Below are positions 37,585-49,782 of a stretch of DNA of 64,000 nucleotides, piece by piece. Location: NCBI GenBank assembly GCA_905178155.1, contig CAJINV010000011.1:2163503-2227502 (forward strand), read 5' to 3'. Under the pieces are notes generated by a model. It worked only from the letters and a program-made list of their open reading frames with translations. It did not search any database and was not told the origin of the DNA. The first letter of the stretch is position 1, and each line of letters begins with the position of its first letter. The stretch comes from Amoebophrya sp. A120 (Eukaryota > Protista > Dinoflagellata). Position numbers and translations under genes: made by a program.

Positions 37585-40500
37585 ATGTCGTATTTTTTCC
37601 CGCCCCCACCTGTGCCCCCCTACGCAGCAGCAGCTGCTATGGCAGCAGCCGCGCATGAACAGCACCAACAATCAATTCTAGCTTCCACTCATTTCTGGAA
37701 TAAGTCTAAAGATAGTAGTACAGGAGCAACCATTTCTAGCGAGACTTTAACTTCGGGTAGTTCTTCGCAATTTCATTCCGCACTAAAAGGGAACCCTTTT
37801 AACTTCCCATACAACAAGAATAGTAATCCGCTCTCCCCATGGACAACAACAGCCTCTCCGCACAAAGGCAAAGGCAAACAGAAATCGTTTCCAGGTTCGG
37901 GAAAAAAGTCTTCTAAAGAGGCGAGCTGTAATATTGTTGAACATCCATTCGACAAAAACAACTTTGGCTCCAGCTCTTACAACAATTTCGATTTCCCGCC
38001 GCCTCCTTTCGGAGGCACGTTATCATCTAGCGCCGGCGCAGCACGACAAGAGCTGCAGCAACACCAGTCCTATAATCAGTATAATCACGAAAGGAGCCTA
38101 CAATTTGTCAATAGTACCCAGCAGCTCTCTTCTTTCGACTCAGTTCGTAGTAGTGGGAGAAGTAGTAAAAGAAGCGCCGGCGCTGCACCCTCCGAAGTGG
38201 AGTTGGATAACAAGGGTTTACTACACGGGCGGAACTACCCGGGAACAAACAAGCGGAAAAACAAAATCAAAAATAAAGAGAAGCGAACGGGGAAAATAAA
38301 TAAGACTTCAAGCATTTTTCCGACGCTGGAGTCTACCTTTCTCGGACCACACGGAGGGAAGCAGCAGGAGCAGTTTGGTGGTGGAAAAGGAAATAGTAAA
38401 GGAAGTCACAGTACAGCAAATCCACTTTTGCCAGGAAATATTATTAACATAGACGCCAGCATCAATACTAGTAGCACCTACAACTTCGACGGCTGTGCAC
38501 AGCACAGTGCTGCAGCTGCTGCTGCACTACAGCACAGTACAGCAAGCAGACCTGGTGGGCATCTTCAGCCGGCGCATACGTCGTCGATCGTGGCGGCTGG
38601 TGTACAACTTCCGGATAGGTCTTCGGTGACGAACGTGAATCCGTATCAAAACATAGCCATTAGTGGAACAAGACCAGCAACGACATCAGCGCTTGTTCAA
38701 GATATTAGCGGCGGACCACCAGGTCATCTAGAAGGAGATTTTGCAGCTGGTGCGTCACAGCAGGACCACAATATTTTTACCACCGATACTGAGTATAATA
38801 TTGAAAATTGTGGTAACAACATCAACGATATCACGACGCCTCTGCACAACTCCGACGACGAAAATCAAAATCTCGAGGAATTATACCAAGACGAGCAGGA
38901 GCTGCACCGAAGTACTTCTAGCAGCCACGAAGGAGTAGAAGTAGACCACAAGGAGGACGACGTCGTGGTCATCGAGGAGACATCAAATAACTTGTGCGAG
39001 GACGAGGAAGAGGACTACGAGTACCACCACCATCACCATCAGGAAGAAGAAGAGCTGAAAATATTAAACTATAGTGCGAACAACATCAAAATCGAGAACA
39101 ACACCAGCGCGACCCGGAGAAGAACCACCGCCGGCACGTCTGCTTCCCAGCTGCGAGCAGACGACCAGGATACTATATTTAACTACGACCAGGAAGTGGA
39201 AGAACATCAAAGCGGAGAAGAAAACGCACCCATCCTGGGGGAAAACTTGATCCCCCAGTTCCGCGATCGAATCTCCTCCTCTTCGTCCGTTGAGGAAAAG
39301 ACCATCGTTTTCCCTAGCCCCTTCAGTCCCGCGCTGCCACCGGAAGCTTTGTGGAATCATCTCGACACCAGGATGGCCGACCCCACGGACCACTTCCCCG
39401 CGCGGGCCTTCCGCTGCGTCATATGAGAGTGCACAACACTCCTTCCCCCTTATTTGTATGGCATGAACAGCAACACAAGTGCTGGCAGAGATGCAGGCTC
39501 TGCATGAGAAATTCACCACTGACTCTAGCGCTGTTTCGGCTTCGGGAGCCTGTCATGCAAGCAGTGCCAAAATGCAATGGGTGGACTTGGCATTTTGCAT
39601 GACAAATAAGGAGGAGGGGGAGTTGTGCACTCTCATACGTCATCGAGTTTTTTGAGAAGGTGTGGGACGCAGACAAGGAAAAAGAGGGCGAGTGCGAGTT
39701 TTCGGTTGCGGTTGACATGATTAACAAGTACATTTTGACGGAGTGCGTCGACCTGCCATCCGAGTGGCAACTGCAGATCGAGAAGGTGCTGACGCTGCTG
39801 TTGCTTTCCCTGGACGTTTTGGACACGTTTCTGTTTGAGCGCATGGACGAGCAGGAACGCGGGCCGCCGGAGCTATCAACTGCAAAAGTGTCTGGGTCTG
39901 GAAGAGTGTAAACTTGTCATGCAGATTCGCCATGACAGCTGAGGTCTGGAATGCGGGACCTAGCATGACAGACTCTGTGAGGTCTCTGCCATGCCTATCT
40001 TGCATGAGAAACTTCCTCCCAACTTGGTCAAAAGTGGACAGCTTTTGGCAGTCATGCAACACAGATTTTTACATGCTTCAGATTTACCATGACAAGAAGT
40101 TGCCACCTTCCAGACCCAGACATTTTTACACTTGATAGGAGCTCACCCCCGTACGACTCGCGATGCTCAGGTAGATTTGGACGTTTTTGCATATCCTGAG
40201 TAAAAACGTACCCACACCAGAGTCAGGATGGGGATTTTGCAACACAAACCTAGGAGTTTTGTGAGTCACGCATGACAAGTTGCACTCTGCAGTGTAGTGC
40301 AGGTTAGCAAGTGCAGCCGCGTCACAGATTCATCTGCTCATCCTGTTCACAGCATCACAAATTCCAAAACGCGATTGGAAATGGTCCTCATGCGGATGCA
40401 CATTACAAGTCTTCCTGTCTTTGCAAATCCGCATGACAACTCTGGTGTGGATTTTTGTTGTGAAAAAATTCTGTTCATCTTCCAGGTCGGACCATATGAT

Positions 40501-43309
40501 CTTTTCTAAAACTGGTAACGCTAACGCATGATAGTGCTGCGATTGTTCTTCACTGGTGATTAAGATGAAGTCAGAATTCTACTGGTTGTCTACTTGTATT
40601 ACGAGAAGGTGATAATGACATAGATGATAACTGCCAACAGGTTTGCTGCGTTTTGGGTTGCCGCCGAGGAAAAAGGCGACGGGCAAGCGCACATCCGCGC
40701 TGCGCAGACGATTTGCAAGATTGCCGCCCTGTTTTTCGATGAGGACGTGGATTTCGTGAAGACCGTAACGGCCCGGTTTCAGCCGGGAGCGTTCGCCGAG
40801 TTCCAGCGCCGCCACGAGATGCAGAACTTGCCCCCGTTACTGCCCCCCCTCTCCACGAACGCCCCAGCCAATAACACGCCCGGCGGACAGCAGGGCGGGC
40901 AACATCAACCCCCCACGCCCGCGGGCGCGCAGACGATGGCGCACGCGCAACAGCAGCTGCAGCAGGTGGGTGCAGCAGCAGTTTCGATGCAGCTCCAACA
41001 ACAACAGCAGCAGCAGAATATGGATAAGGACCGGTCCCCCGTCACGCCCGGCACCACGACGAACGTGGCTGCGGGGAACATGATCGTTCCCCCTGGGATG
41101 ACACCCGGAGGCACGATGAACAGCAAGGGCGGACTCCCGGGTAACGCCGGCGCGAAGTTTCTGATGCCGATGCAGCCGGGGATGCCGATGCCACCGCAGG
41201 TGGTGGGTGGGTTCACGCCCACGGGCCCGCAAAGTGGGAAGAACTTGTTGCACTTTCCCGGACAGCAGCACCCGCCGGGGGTTGGCGCTCCCGGAGGACC
41301 TCCTGGAGGTTTCCCGCAGTACGGGCAGTTGCCGCCCCCCTACGGCACGCCGAACGCCGGAACGGGACCTCCCGGGTTTCCCCACCCGGGCACGCCGGGC
41401 GGATTCCCGGGCAACCCGGGGGGCCCCACGCCGCCAGGCGGATTGCCACCGCAGCTGCAGGTACAGCCACCACCCGGGACAAAGGGGCCCGCGCTGAAGC
41501 CCGGTGCTATGCCGCCCATGTTCCCGCCGGGGCTGGTGCCGCCCCCCGGAGTGCCGATGCCGGCCAACTACAGTCCGTTCAAGGGGAATCACTTGCAGCT
41601 GATGCAGCTGCAAAGCCCGCGGGGCGCCGGAACCATGCCGCCGGTATCTGGGCCGGGGGGACCACAGCAACCACAACTTCCTCCAGGGGTTTTAGTACAA
41701 CAACCTCCTCCAGGAGGACCCGGTGGACCACCGCAGCTTTTACCCATCGGAGCGGCAGGAGTTGCACTGGACCCCGCAGCTGCACAACAGATGGCCACCA
41801 CGACATCCTCCCCGAATGCAGGTGGAGCACCCGCAGCTTCGGCTGCACCAGATTCGCTGCCGTTGCCTGTCACTGAAAACAACGAGGATGAGATGGACGT
41901 TGACGATGATGACAAAATGGGCGTCGATAGTATTATTGCGAATAAAAAGTCTTCGTCAAAACGGCGGTCGAGCAAGCGCTCGTCCAAGCGGGACCGCAGC
42001 AAAAGCAGTTCTTCCTCCGAGCTGTCCGATGAAGCTTCCGGTGCCGCGCGGAAGAAGAATATTAAACAGCGCCGTGGGTCGTCCTCATCGGCTAGTAAGA
42101 ACAATTCCAGTGATAATAACGAGGAGGAAAACGTCGAAAATGAAGATAAAAAGAGCGGCAAAAAATCAACAAACATTGAAACCAGAAGTCGGCGCAGAAG
42201 GAGCAAAGAGAAAAAGACGACTCGAAAAAGCAAGAGCAGTAAACGAAGCAAGAGTAAAAACACCTCCCGAAGCGGGTCGAATAAATCGAAGAGCAGCAAC
42301 AGGTCGAAAAGCAGCAAAAGTAACAGCAGCAAGAGCGCCAGAGACCGCTCCAAGTCATCGAGTAGGAGCTCGCGAAGTCGAAGATCCAGCTCGCGCGGCT
42401 CTTCTAAGTCCTCGCGGTCCAAGTCTAAAAATTCCGACCGCTCTTCTGACAGCGATGAGGAGTCCAGTGAGGTGCAGGGACCGCTGTTGGAAACCCCGCT
42501 GGAACTGAAGCAAATGGCCAGCACGTTGCATTCCGGAACGAGCGCGGACGGGTTGCAGAGTGCTGGGCAGGGTGCCGGCGACCGAAACAACACCACGGAT
42601 CATCCGTTGGATGAAAACCTTTCCAAATCTTTGCAAAAAGCGAAGAACAAGCAGAAGCAGAAGAAGGACATGCTGACGGGGATTAAGCAATTAAACGTTT
42701 CCAACACGTTGTCCGACCTGCGGGACCGCCGGGCGGAGGAGCAGGTTCGCATCGTGAAGACCTACGCCAGTGAAGGCTGCCAGACCGAGCAGGCGCCGGA
42801 CTTGTATGATCGGAAGAACCTCGTGAAGATCATGACGGCCCGCGCGGACCGGTTCGTGTCGTCCCGGACAAAAGAGGAAATTGACGCCGACGAGGAAAAA
42901 GGAGTCTCTATCCCAAGTAAAAACGTCCCGACCCCATAGTTGTAATGCAAATCTGCACGCTGGAAATGCAAATGTTTCTCATGCGGAGCCCCATGAGAGG
43001 CGTTTTCTACCCTAGTGCTGATTTGAGATTTGTCATGCTCGAATCAGAATGACAAACTGGATCTGTGATGCTGCTGTACGAGCTAAACACGACTAAATTG
43101 CGAGCCCAAATTTGTCATGCGCAACAGCCAAAGCTTAGGGATTTGTGTAGCAGATTTCCCATCTTGACTCCGGGGTGCTAGGGACGTTTTTACACAGGAT
43201 AGTCTCTCACTGTCCCGACATTATGCCCGACTTCTCGTTTGATCAAGCCTCATCTCAGCCGGAGGTGACAAACAAAGCGAGCGGACTCTCCACGATCATG
43301 GAGGAGTGA
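37585..43309 (+). CDS. Hypothetical protein with low-complexity N-terminus, small helical core, Pro/Gly/Gln-rich region and Ser/Lys/Arg-rich region; 3 exonic introners plus GT-AG intron 40171-40640
   Basis: ORFs at 37501, 39660 and 40624 join in frame (RCV-IEFF, PPE-LTPV, AMLR-FAAFW, KGVS-HCPD...IMEE*). Confidence 0.7.
39422..39637. mobile_element. Introner, TIR family I (single copy here)
   Basis: TATGAGAGTGCACAAC ... GTTGTGCACTCTCATA; DR CGTCA; frame restored. Confidence 0.93.
39874..40137. mobile_element. Introner, TIR family A
   Basis: DR GGAGC; removal gives PPE-LTPVRL. Confidence 0.93.
40192..40460. mobile_element. Family B element nested in a canonical GT-AG intron, right TIR lost (end approximate)
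   Basis: First 69 nt identical to the copy at 18320; similarity stops after GACAACTCTGG near 40450; no GGATA end and no DR seen. Confidence 0.85.
42909..43201. mobile_element. Introner, TIR family B
   Basis: DR GTCTC; removal gives KGVS-HCPD. Confidence 0.93.
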
Positions 43310-44260
43310 TTAGAGTATGTTGATCTTTGGTGGGAGCAAAATGATTAAATTACGACTGCTGGGCATACTACTAAAAGTACTTCTGATTGTCCTGGCAAAT
43401 ACTAAACGACTGATGTGAGCAGGAGGTATCCCCTCTGAATCAATTTGATGAAAAGGAAAAATCGAGGGCGAAGGCAAGCGCTTTGGTGAAGTTCTTTTTG
43501 CAGGCTGGTAGTATTCGACAGTAATACTAATATTGCTGGGAAAAAATGCTGCTTTCGTTACAAATCGCAAGATGATGGATGAAGAAGGCAAAGAGCCCTT
43601 TTCACCGTTTCGTATGCTACAGATTTCAGTTGTGTCACTCAAACGAACGACGGCACAGTGAGAAACGTACACTGCAAAAATGTTGCTGAATTCTTGCAAT
43701 CAACAGAACATCAAGGGTCTTCTCTATAATGCGTCTGCATTTTTTGGTGGGATTTTGAAAAAACGAGTCGCTCGCGGGGGCCCTCGTGTGCAACTGGAGG
43801 CCATGGCAATTTTGATGTCTGCCAATACAGATGCTGATGTTCCGGTCGTCCAGTACGTGTAAGTAGCATGTCTGGTCATTTGGTCGTGTGTTAAAATTGT
43901 TCTACGTTGGTCGTAAGAGTTCTTCCTGGAATTATTTCCGAGCCCAGCAGCTCCGTGACACGCTGTTTTGGTCCCAAAAATCGTAGCGGTCGTTGGTCGG
44001 GTGAATGAATGCTTCGTGTTTATTCGTGGGACACAATTTCGTTGTATAGATACGGTCGCCTAGCTGAAGCGTTGTAATCGTGAAGGCCCCGCGAAATTGT
44101 AGGAGTTTTTTTAGGATCTTGTATGCTAACCGCGGTCGCAAATTTGTTCTCGGCTTCAGCACTATGGTAGGTGCCCCAAAAAATTATAACCTCTTTTACG
44201 ATCGCAGCAGAGTCTTCACAGCCATGCAGACAAGTTTTTGAATAAATACAACACCGAAAA

Positions 44261-44677
44261 ATGCTTTTTCGCGCAATCTTGGAATCTTTGTGTGAGCAGC
44301 TGCAGCTCCCCGACTTTTCACAGACAGCAACCACTCCACAAGCGCCACTTGTTCAACATTCGCATGCCGCTGCACCACGACTATCCGGAACGAATAAAGA
44401 TCTTCTAGTTGCCATGCGCATGCCGCACCACCCCCGCCACCGCGCAAGAACCAGTTTCGCCGAGGGTGCCATCTGCGGGGTGCGCGGCGATGGACAGATG
44501 ACCTGCGGCGTGCCGGTGGCGACGGATGCCGTAACCGGGGCGCCCATGATCATCGAGTTTGCACACGTCCAATCGCAGCAGGAACAGGCTGGCTGTGCCA
44601 ACAGTGCGGCGGGAGACAACAAAGCCATTACGCAAGGGCTGGCGCAGTTGCTCGAGACGGTGAATTCGGCACCATAA
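44261..44677 (+). CDS. Possible small hypothetical protein or terminal exon
   Basis: 138-aa ORF with GC-rich coding-like composition in AT-richer flanks; no motif recognised. Confidence 0.35.
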   Translation: MLFRAILESLCEQLQLPDFSQTATTPQAPLVQHSHAAAPRLSGTNKDLLVAMRMPHHPRHRARTSFAEGAICGVRGDGQMTCGVPVATDAVTGAPMIIEFAHVQSQQEQAGCANSAAGDNKAITQGLAQLLETVNSAP

Positions 44678-45442
44678 TTGAATACAAGAGCAGTACGCGT
44701 TCACTTTGCACGTTTGTTCTTTCATGGACAGGATTAGGAAGATTCTCGACCTGAAAGCTTTTTTGTACCAAACCAGATCATATTTGCACGCGCTCTCACT
44801 GATTTGTCCTCATGCCGGACCTCCACATACCATGTAGCAGAAGTCGGACACACACACAGCGTTGATTTTTTTATAAAACACCCGATCGTAAAAAGATCCA
44901 ATTATATCTTGGCTGTCTTAGCTGATGAGGCCATCACTTCCGATCATGGCCTTAGTCCAGCTGACGCCAGATGAGGAGGATGCACAAAGTGTCAGTGGTT
45001 CCAGATGGCGTGGAAGCTCGCATGTTGATCAGAGATTGTTAGTGCCCGTTTTTTGGAACACGGATCCCGAAGAGTGCCATAGGTCGTGATATCTTTTGTC
45101 TCTGTTGTTGAAGATCCTGCGATGATTTCATCTTGCAAGCTGATGTAGATGTTTCTTTTACTTGCGTGCGGCGGCGAAGTTTCATATTGACAAAAGAAGG
45201 GAAGAAGTAGAATCATGCGCTGTAATGTGCTCCTCTCTCAAGTAGATCTTAATCTTTATCCTCTGCAAGGACTAACGAAGGTCGTGGATATCTATGAGGT
45301 TCTTTTTGCCCTGATCAGATTCAGTCTTCGTGCCAACGCAAGCGAAAAGCGCGGAGCACTTCGTGTTGATATTTTTCGAGGTTTCATCATTTCATTCTTA
45401 ATCTTCGGAGTTAGCAACGCACGAACTCGAGAACAAGCAAAA

Positions 45443-48400
45443 ATGCGCAAACTCTCAAAGCGGTGCATCTTCTTGTCGGCGGCCATAAGTGCCGGCGGCA
45501 TGAGCATGATGCTGCACCAAGCCAGTGCGAGCACGGCGGCCGCGTTTGCAGCACCGGCTGCGGTGGCCATTTCCGAAAGTGGTCGTGGCTCCAGTGGTCA
45601 AGATCCTCGCGCCGGCCAGGGAACTACTGCGGAAGCAGGAGCGCATAATAATTCCCTGGTAGTTCCAGACACCGAATTCCAACTGGTTTCGTCACAAGAT
45701 CTGAAAGACTTATCTTCCGACAAGAAGGCACCGGGTGGGTTTCAGTTGATTTCCCCTCGAAAAACCAGAACGGTCAAGCTTCCCGGCAAGGAAGGACAGC
45801 AGCAGCAACCTCTACACGGAGGTGGGAAGAGTAATAAGCACAAAGGTTCTCGTGGTGAGAAAATCAATCTCGGCCCATCAGACCCAACCGAGGTACACCC
45901 GCAAGCGGAAGCGCTCTTGCGGATCTTAAACCAGAGTAGCAAAGTTGAAGAGGAACAACACCAAAGGCAGCGGTTTCTCGAGGATCAGATTTTGCCGAAA
46001 CTGCAGCAACGACTGCGGCCGATTCTGGAGCAAGATTCATCGCCTTCTTCCACGCCGAAGAAAGTTGGAAGTTTGGATAGCCTAGACGATGAGAGTGATG
46101 GAACAAAAATCGAGGAGATGATAATGTTGAAGTGGCAGAAAAACAAAAACGTCGGCAAGAAGATACTTGACATCACGAAGAGCCCTCCTACAACTACATC
46201 AACTTCCCACTACTACACCGCCGAGTTGAAAAAGCTCGGTGGCTTTGCACTGGGCCTCGCCTCGGACCGCGCGTTCGATTTGCAGATCTCGCTCCATTTC
46301 GATTTCGCGCCAGACACGCCGGAAATGTCGCGACAAGTGTCGAACAAGAAATCGTTCCTGTTCCCGAACGGCGCGCCGCGGATCAAGCTGTTACTGGCTC
46401 TCGAGAACAACTCTCCAGGCTATCGGATGAGTGCTGAGGATAAAGAAGAGCTCGCGCACTGGCGCACGCACGTCTTGAGTCACGCTGCCCGAACGCTGTT
46501 CGGCTCAGCAGGTTTTGAAGATACGGAGGTTGCGCGGCAGAAGAAGACGAACCAACATTTACCACTATTTGGGGCATGCCCCTCGGAGAACATCGGTAGC
46601 TCGGCGTACGGGGTGCTGGAGCAGCTGCACCAGGAAGGGATTTTGCCCTCCAACATGACTATGCATTGCAAATATGTCTGGGTCTGGAAGGTTGGAACTT
46701 GTGATGCTAACTTTGGACTCTAAAAAAATCTGTATTGCATGACCAGCAAGAGCAGGCGCCCGGTTTGTGTTACGCGGGGAGGGTATTTGTCATGCGGGAT
46801 AGGCATCAGGAAGGCCTCTAAAAATATGTGATGCTAGATCGTGCATTACAGACATCCTGAGTCATGCAAAATGGGCACGACAAACTAACCTGGCAACCTT
46901 CCAGACCCAGACACTTTTGCCCTCCAACATGACCACCGATTTGCTACCCGCAGTTAGCGCAGCAAGCTGCATTGGCAGTAGTTTTTCGCGTTCTTCGCCT
47001 GGCAAGAAAAGCTGCGCGTCAGACACAGCAGGTGAAGATGACCAGGAACTACAGAGCAAGGCCTTTCTGTACATTCGTTACGGCGATTCCGTTCGCATTC
47101 GTCTGACCGTGGCAGATTACCGACGGGCTGCTGAGACGGATTTCTTGAAGAATACATTGGCTAAGTTTAGCTTGAAAGGGGAAGCGGTGCTGTTTCGGAT
47201 CGTGCGACAGGTACACCTAACATAGAAACAAACCATGCAGAAGATAAAGATTCTTCCTTTGCAAAGTCGTGATATCAAGTATTCGTTCATTCTTGCTAGT
47301 AAAGGGTCGAGTTGGATGAAAGAGGGATTGTGTTCTAGTACTTCGCAATCATCGCAATTAAATCCCAATTCCCAGTTGAAATTCTGGGCCGAAGCCAGCG
47401 GCAAAGATTGGCTGCGCGCGGCGGACCACCTGGCGCTCGGACTGGCTCTTGCGTATTTGAAAGACGAAAGAACGGATTTTGGCTCCGCAACCCTGCAGGG
47501 ATTTTTCGAATTCTACACGACGATTCTTTCTTCGCACAGCGGCCGCCGCTGCTGGCCCCGACGTGGAGTCGTTGCTGTTCCGGCGTCCTCCTCTGGGGCA
47601 AGTCGAGAAGATCCTACGGTGGGAAGTACAACAGGAGAGAAGAATTTTTCCAGCCAGATAACACCACCAGCAGCACGTCAGGATTCCAGTGAAGATTGGA
47701 TTATGCTGGACGGTAAGGAGGACGTTGAGGGTCATGCCGCTGCCGAGTCCGCTGGTCATGTCCGCCTGGTAGCAGCTCCTGCGGATCACGGCGTATCCAG
47801 CTCTTTTGGTGGAAAAAGTTCCGCCTACTGTCCGTCTCCGTCCGTTAGTTCATCCCCCTACGTGTTCAACAACAAGAACCCCCACGAAATTACCCTGCCC
47901 AGGCACCAGCCGAGGACGCCAACGCAGCAACTTGTCAAGCCGTTTCTGGTGATGGCGAAAAGCATGCACGACATCGTGCCACCGACCCTTGTTGCCTCGG
48001 TGTTTAGTACTATGACCACTCCTGCGGCAGCTGCCACTGCTTGTTCAACAACATCTTCTGCCGGTCTAGTATCCTACGAAGGAAGTTGTACACGACATCA
48101 AGAACATCCGCAACAGACGAGTGTGACCACGAATGTCCTTGAAGACATTGTGGCAGCAGACTCGGCCTGCACGCCTGTGCCGGACATGTGTCGTGGAAAT
48201 AAGAAAGACGATGAAGAAGAAGAGCTCATCCTGTACTGCAAAACACAGGACAGCGAGTTTTACGTGAAGCCGAGTACCGCGAAGCAGAAAAAGTCGTCGA
48301 AGGGAAACAAAAAGATAGCACCAAACAAGCAGTCTTGCACCTCCTCGCCCGAGTTAAGTCCCGCCAGTTCTACTTCCTATTTCCCGCCAAGCAAGACAAC

Positions 48401-49782
48401 TTTGGCGCCGACTGGCGGTATTAGCGGACAGAAAAAGAACAAATTCCTCGGACGAGAGGAAGAAGAGACCACTAGCGGCTCTTGCTGCAAGCACCGAAAT
48501 GGCAGCCAACACCAGCCTACGCGGGCCAGCTCCCCGCCCGCGAGCGCGGCGCTGCTTTGCAACAACATCTGCCGTGGGGTCTTGCCTTGGGCGACGAGTG
48601 GTTCTGCGGGTCGCGACGGTCGTGGTGCCACGGATCATGCGGGCGGGAGACGCACGAAGGTCGAGACATCAAAATCCGCTATGATAGGCAGTCCCATCCT
48701 GGCAGGGAGTGTGAAGACAAGGGAAGAAGGACAAGCAAGCAACCAGGAGGTGAAAAAAGGTGACTCAGTCCTCTCAGGTCGTGCAGCGGTTCCCTTGCAG
48801 GAGACAATGCGATGGGAGCACGTTGGAGAACACCGGCCGCAGCAACCGCAGCGGCAGCAATGTGAGGATGACGAGTGCGATGGTTGGGAACAACTTGAAG
48901 TAGACGCAGACATGATGCAGTCATCTTCTACCCCCGCAAAGCAAGACCAAGACGATGAAAATGAAGCAGCACCAGCGCCAGCAGTCCCTGATGAAGACAA
49001 AAACAGGAAGTCAACATCTGCTGCGATGAAACTGCTTGAGCGCCTATTGTAAGGAAAAATCCCCCCTCCCCATACCTCCAAAGCGGGATACGTATGAAAA
49101 TTTGTGATGCTGATTCGAGGCCACAAATCGTCTCTGTATTGCCAGAAGGCAAATCCCAAGACCTGGCCGCGTTCTGCAGGCAATTGGTGATGCTGTAGGA
49201 CCTACGGAAAGAGGATGTGCCTGCCTTGCTAGGCGCCTACACCAAAACGCCCCTACTCCGGCTTTGCATCTGTTTGCAGTCCTCTACTGCAAGACGAATC
49301 CGATTTGGGTACACAAGTCTCGCATCAGAGATTTCCATTTCGATGTGGGGAGGGGGGATTTTTCCTTTTGATAGTCCCTGCAACCCGCGATGCAGATCCA
49401 ACTCCTCGATGACTTCGAGTACGCCGCCCGCTTGCTGTATGGGAGTGTCAGAATTGAAATCGTCAAAGTTGAAACGATTTGTCATGCATAAAATGCAGCC
49501 CACAAAGTGCTTGTCTTGCAGAGTAGGCAAGTGAGGCAGATTGTAAGCCTGTTGAGGGGTAGCATCTGAGCTGCTAAAATAGCATGACAGAAGGCGTCTT
49601 CCTTACCCAAACAGCATGACAAACTGGATTTCGGCTCTACCCAAATTTGTCATGCGCCACTTAGAAACTGGGTTGCAACTGGTATCCATTTTATGCATGA
49701 CAAACCATTATTTCAACTTTGACGATTGCGATCCTGACGCTTCCATATGCTGCGAAATCTGACCGCGTCGGAGAAGAAATAG
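45443..49782 (+). CDS. Hypothetical protein, possibly a degenerate TRF4/Cid1-like nucleotidyltransferase; 3 introners plus GT-AG intron starting at 47211
   Basis: LGGFALGLASDRAFDLQ resembles hG[GS]x9-13DhD; FRIVRQ-LKFWA...LALAYLK...LQGFFEFY resembles the poly(A) polymerase central domain. By-eye similarity only; the gene is more certain than the product call. Confidence 0.5.
46660..46928. mobile_element. Introner, TIR family A, right terminus replaced by exon sequence (19-bp DR)
   Basis: TTTTGCCCTCCAACATGAC occurs at 46641-46659 and 46915-46933; removal gives PSNMT-TDLLP. Confidence 0.88.
49045..49373. mobile_element. Introner, TIR family C
   Basis: DR GCGCC/GTCCC (3 of 5 match); removal gives LLER-LQPAMQ. 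Confidence 0.88.
49438..49747. mobile_element. Introner, TIR family D
   Basis: DR TGCTG; removal gives ARLL-RNLTASEKK*. Confidence 0.93.
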
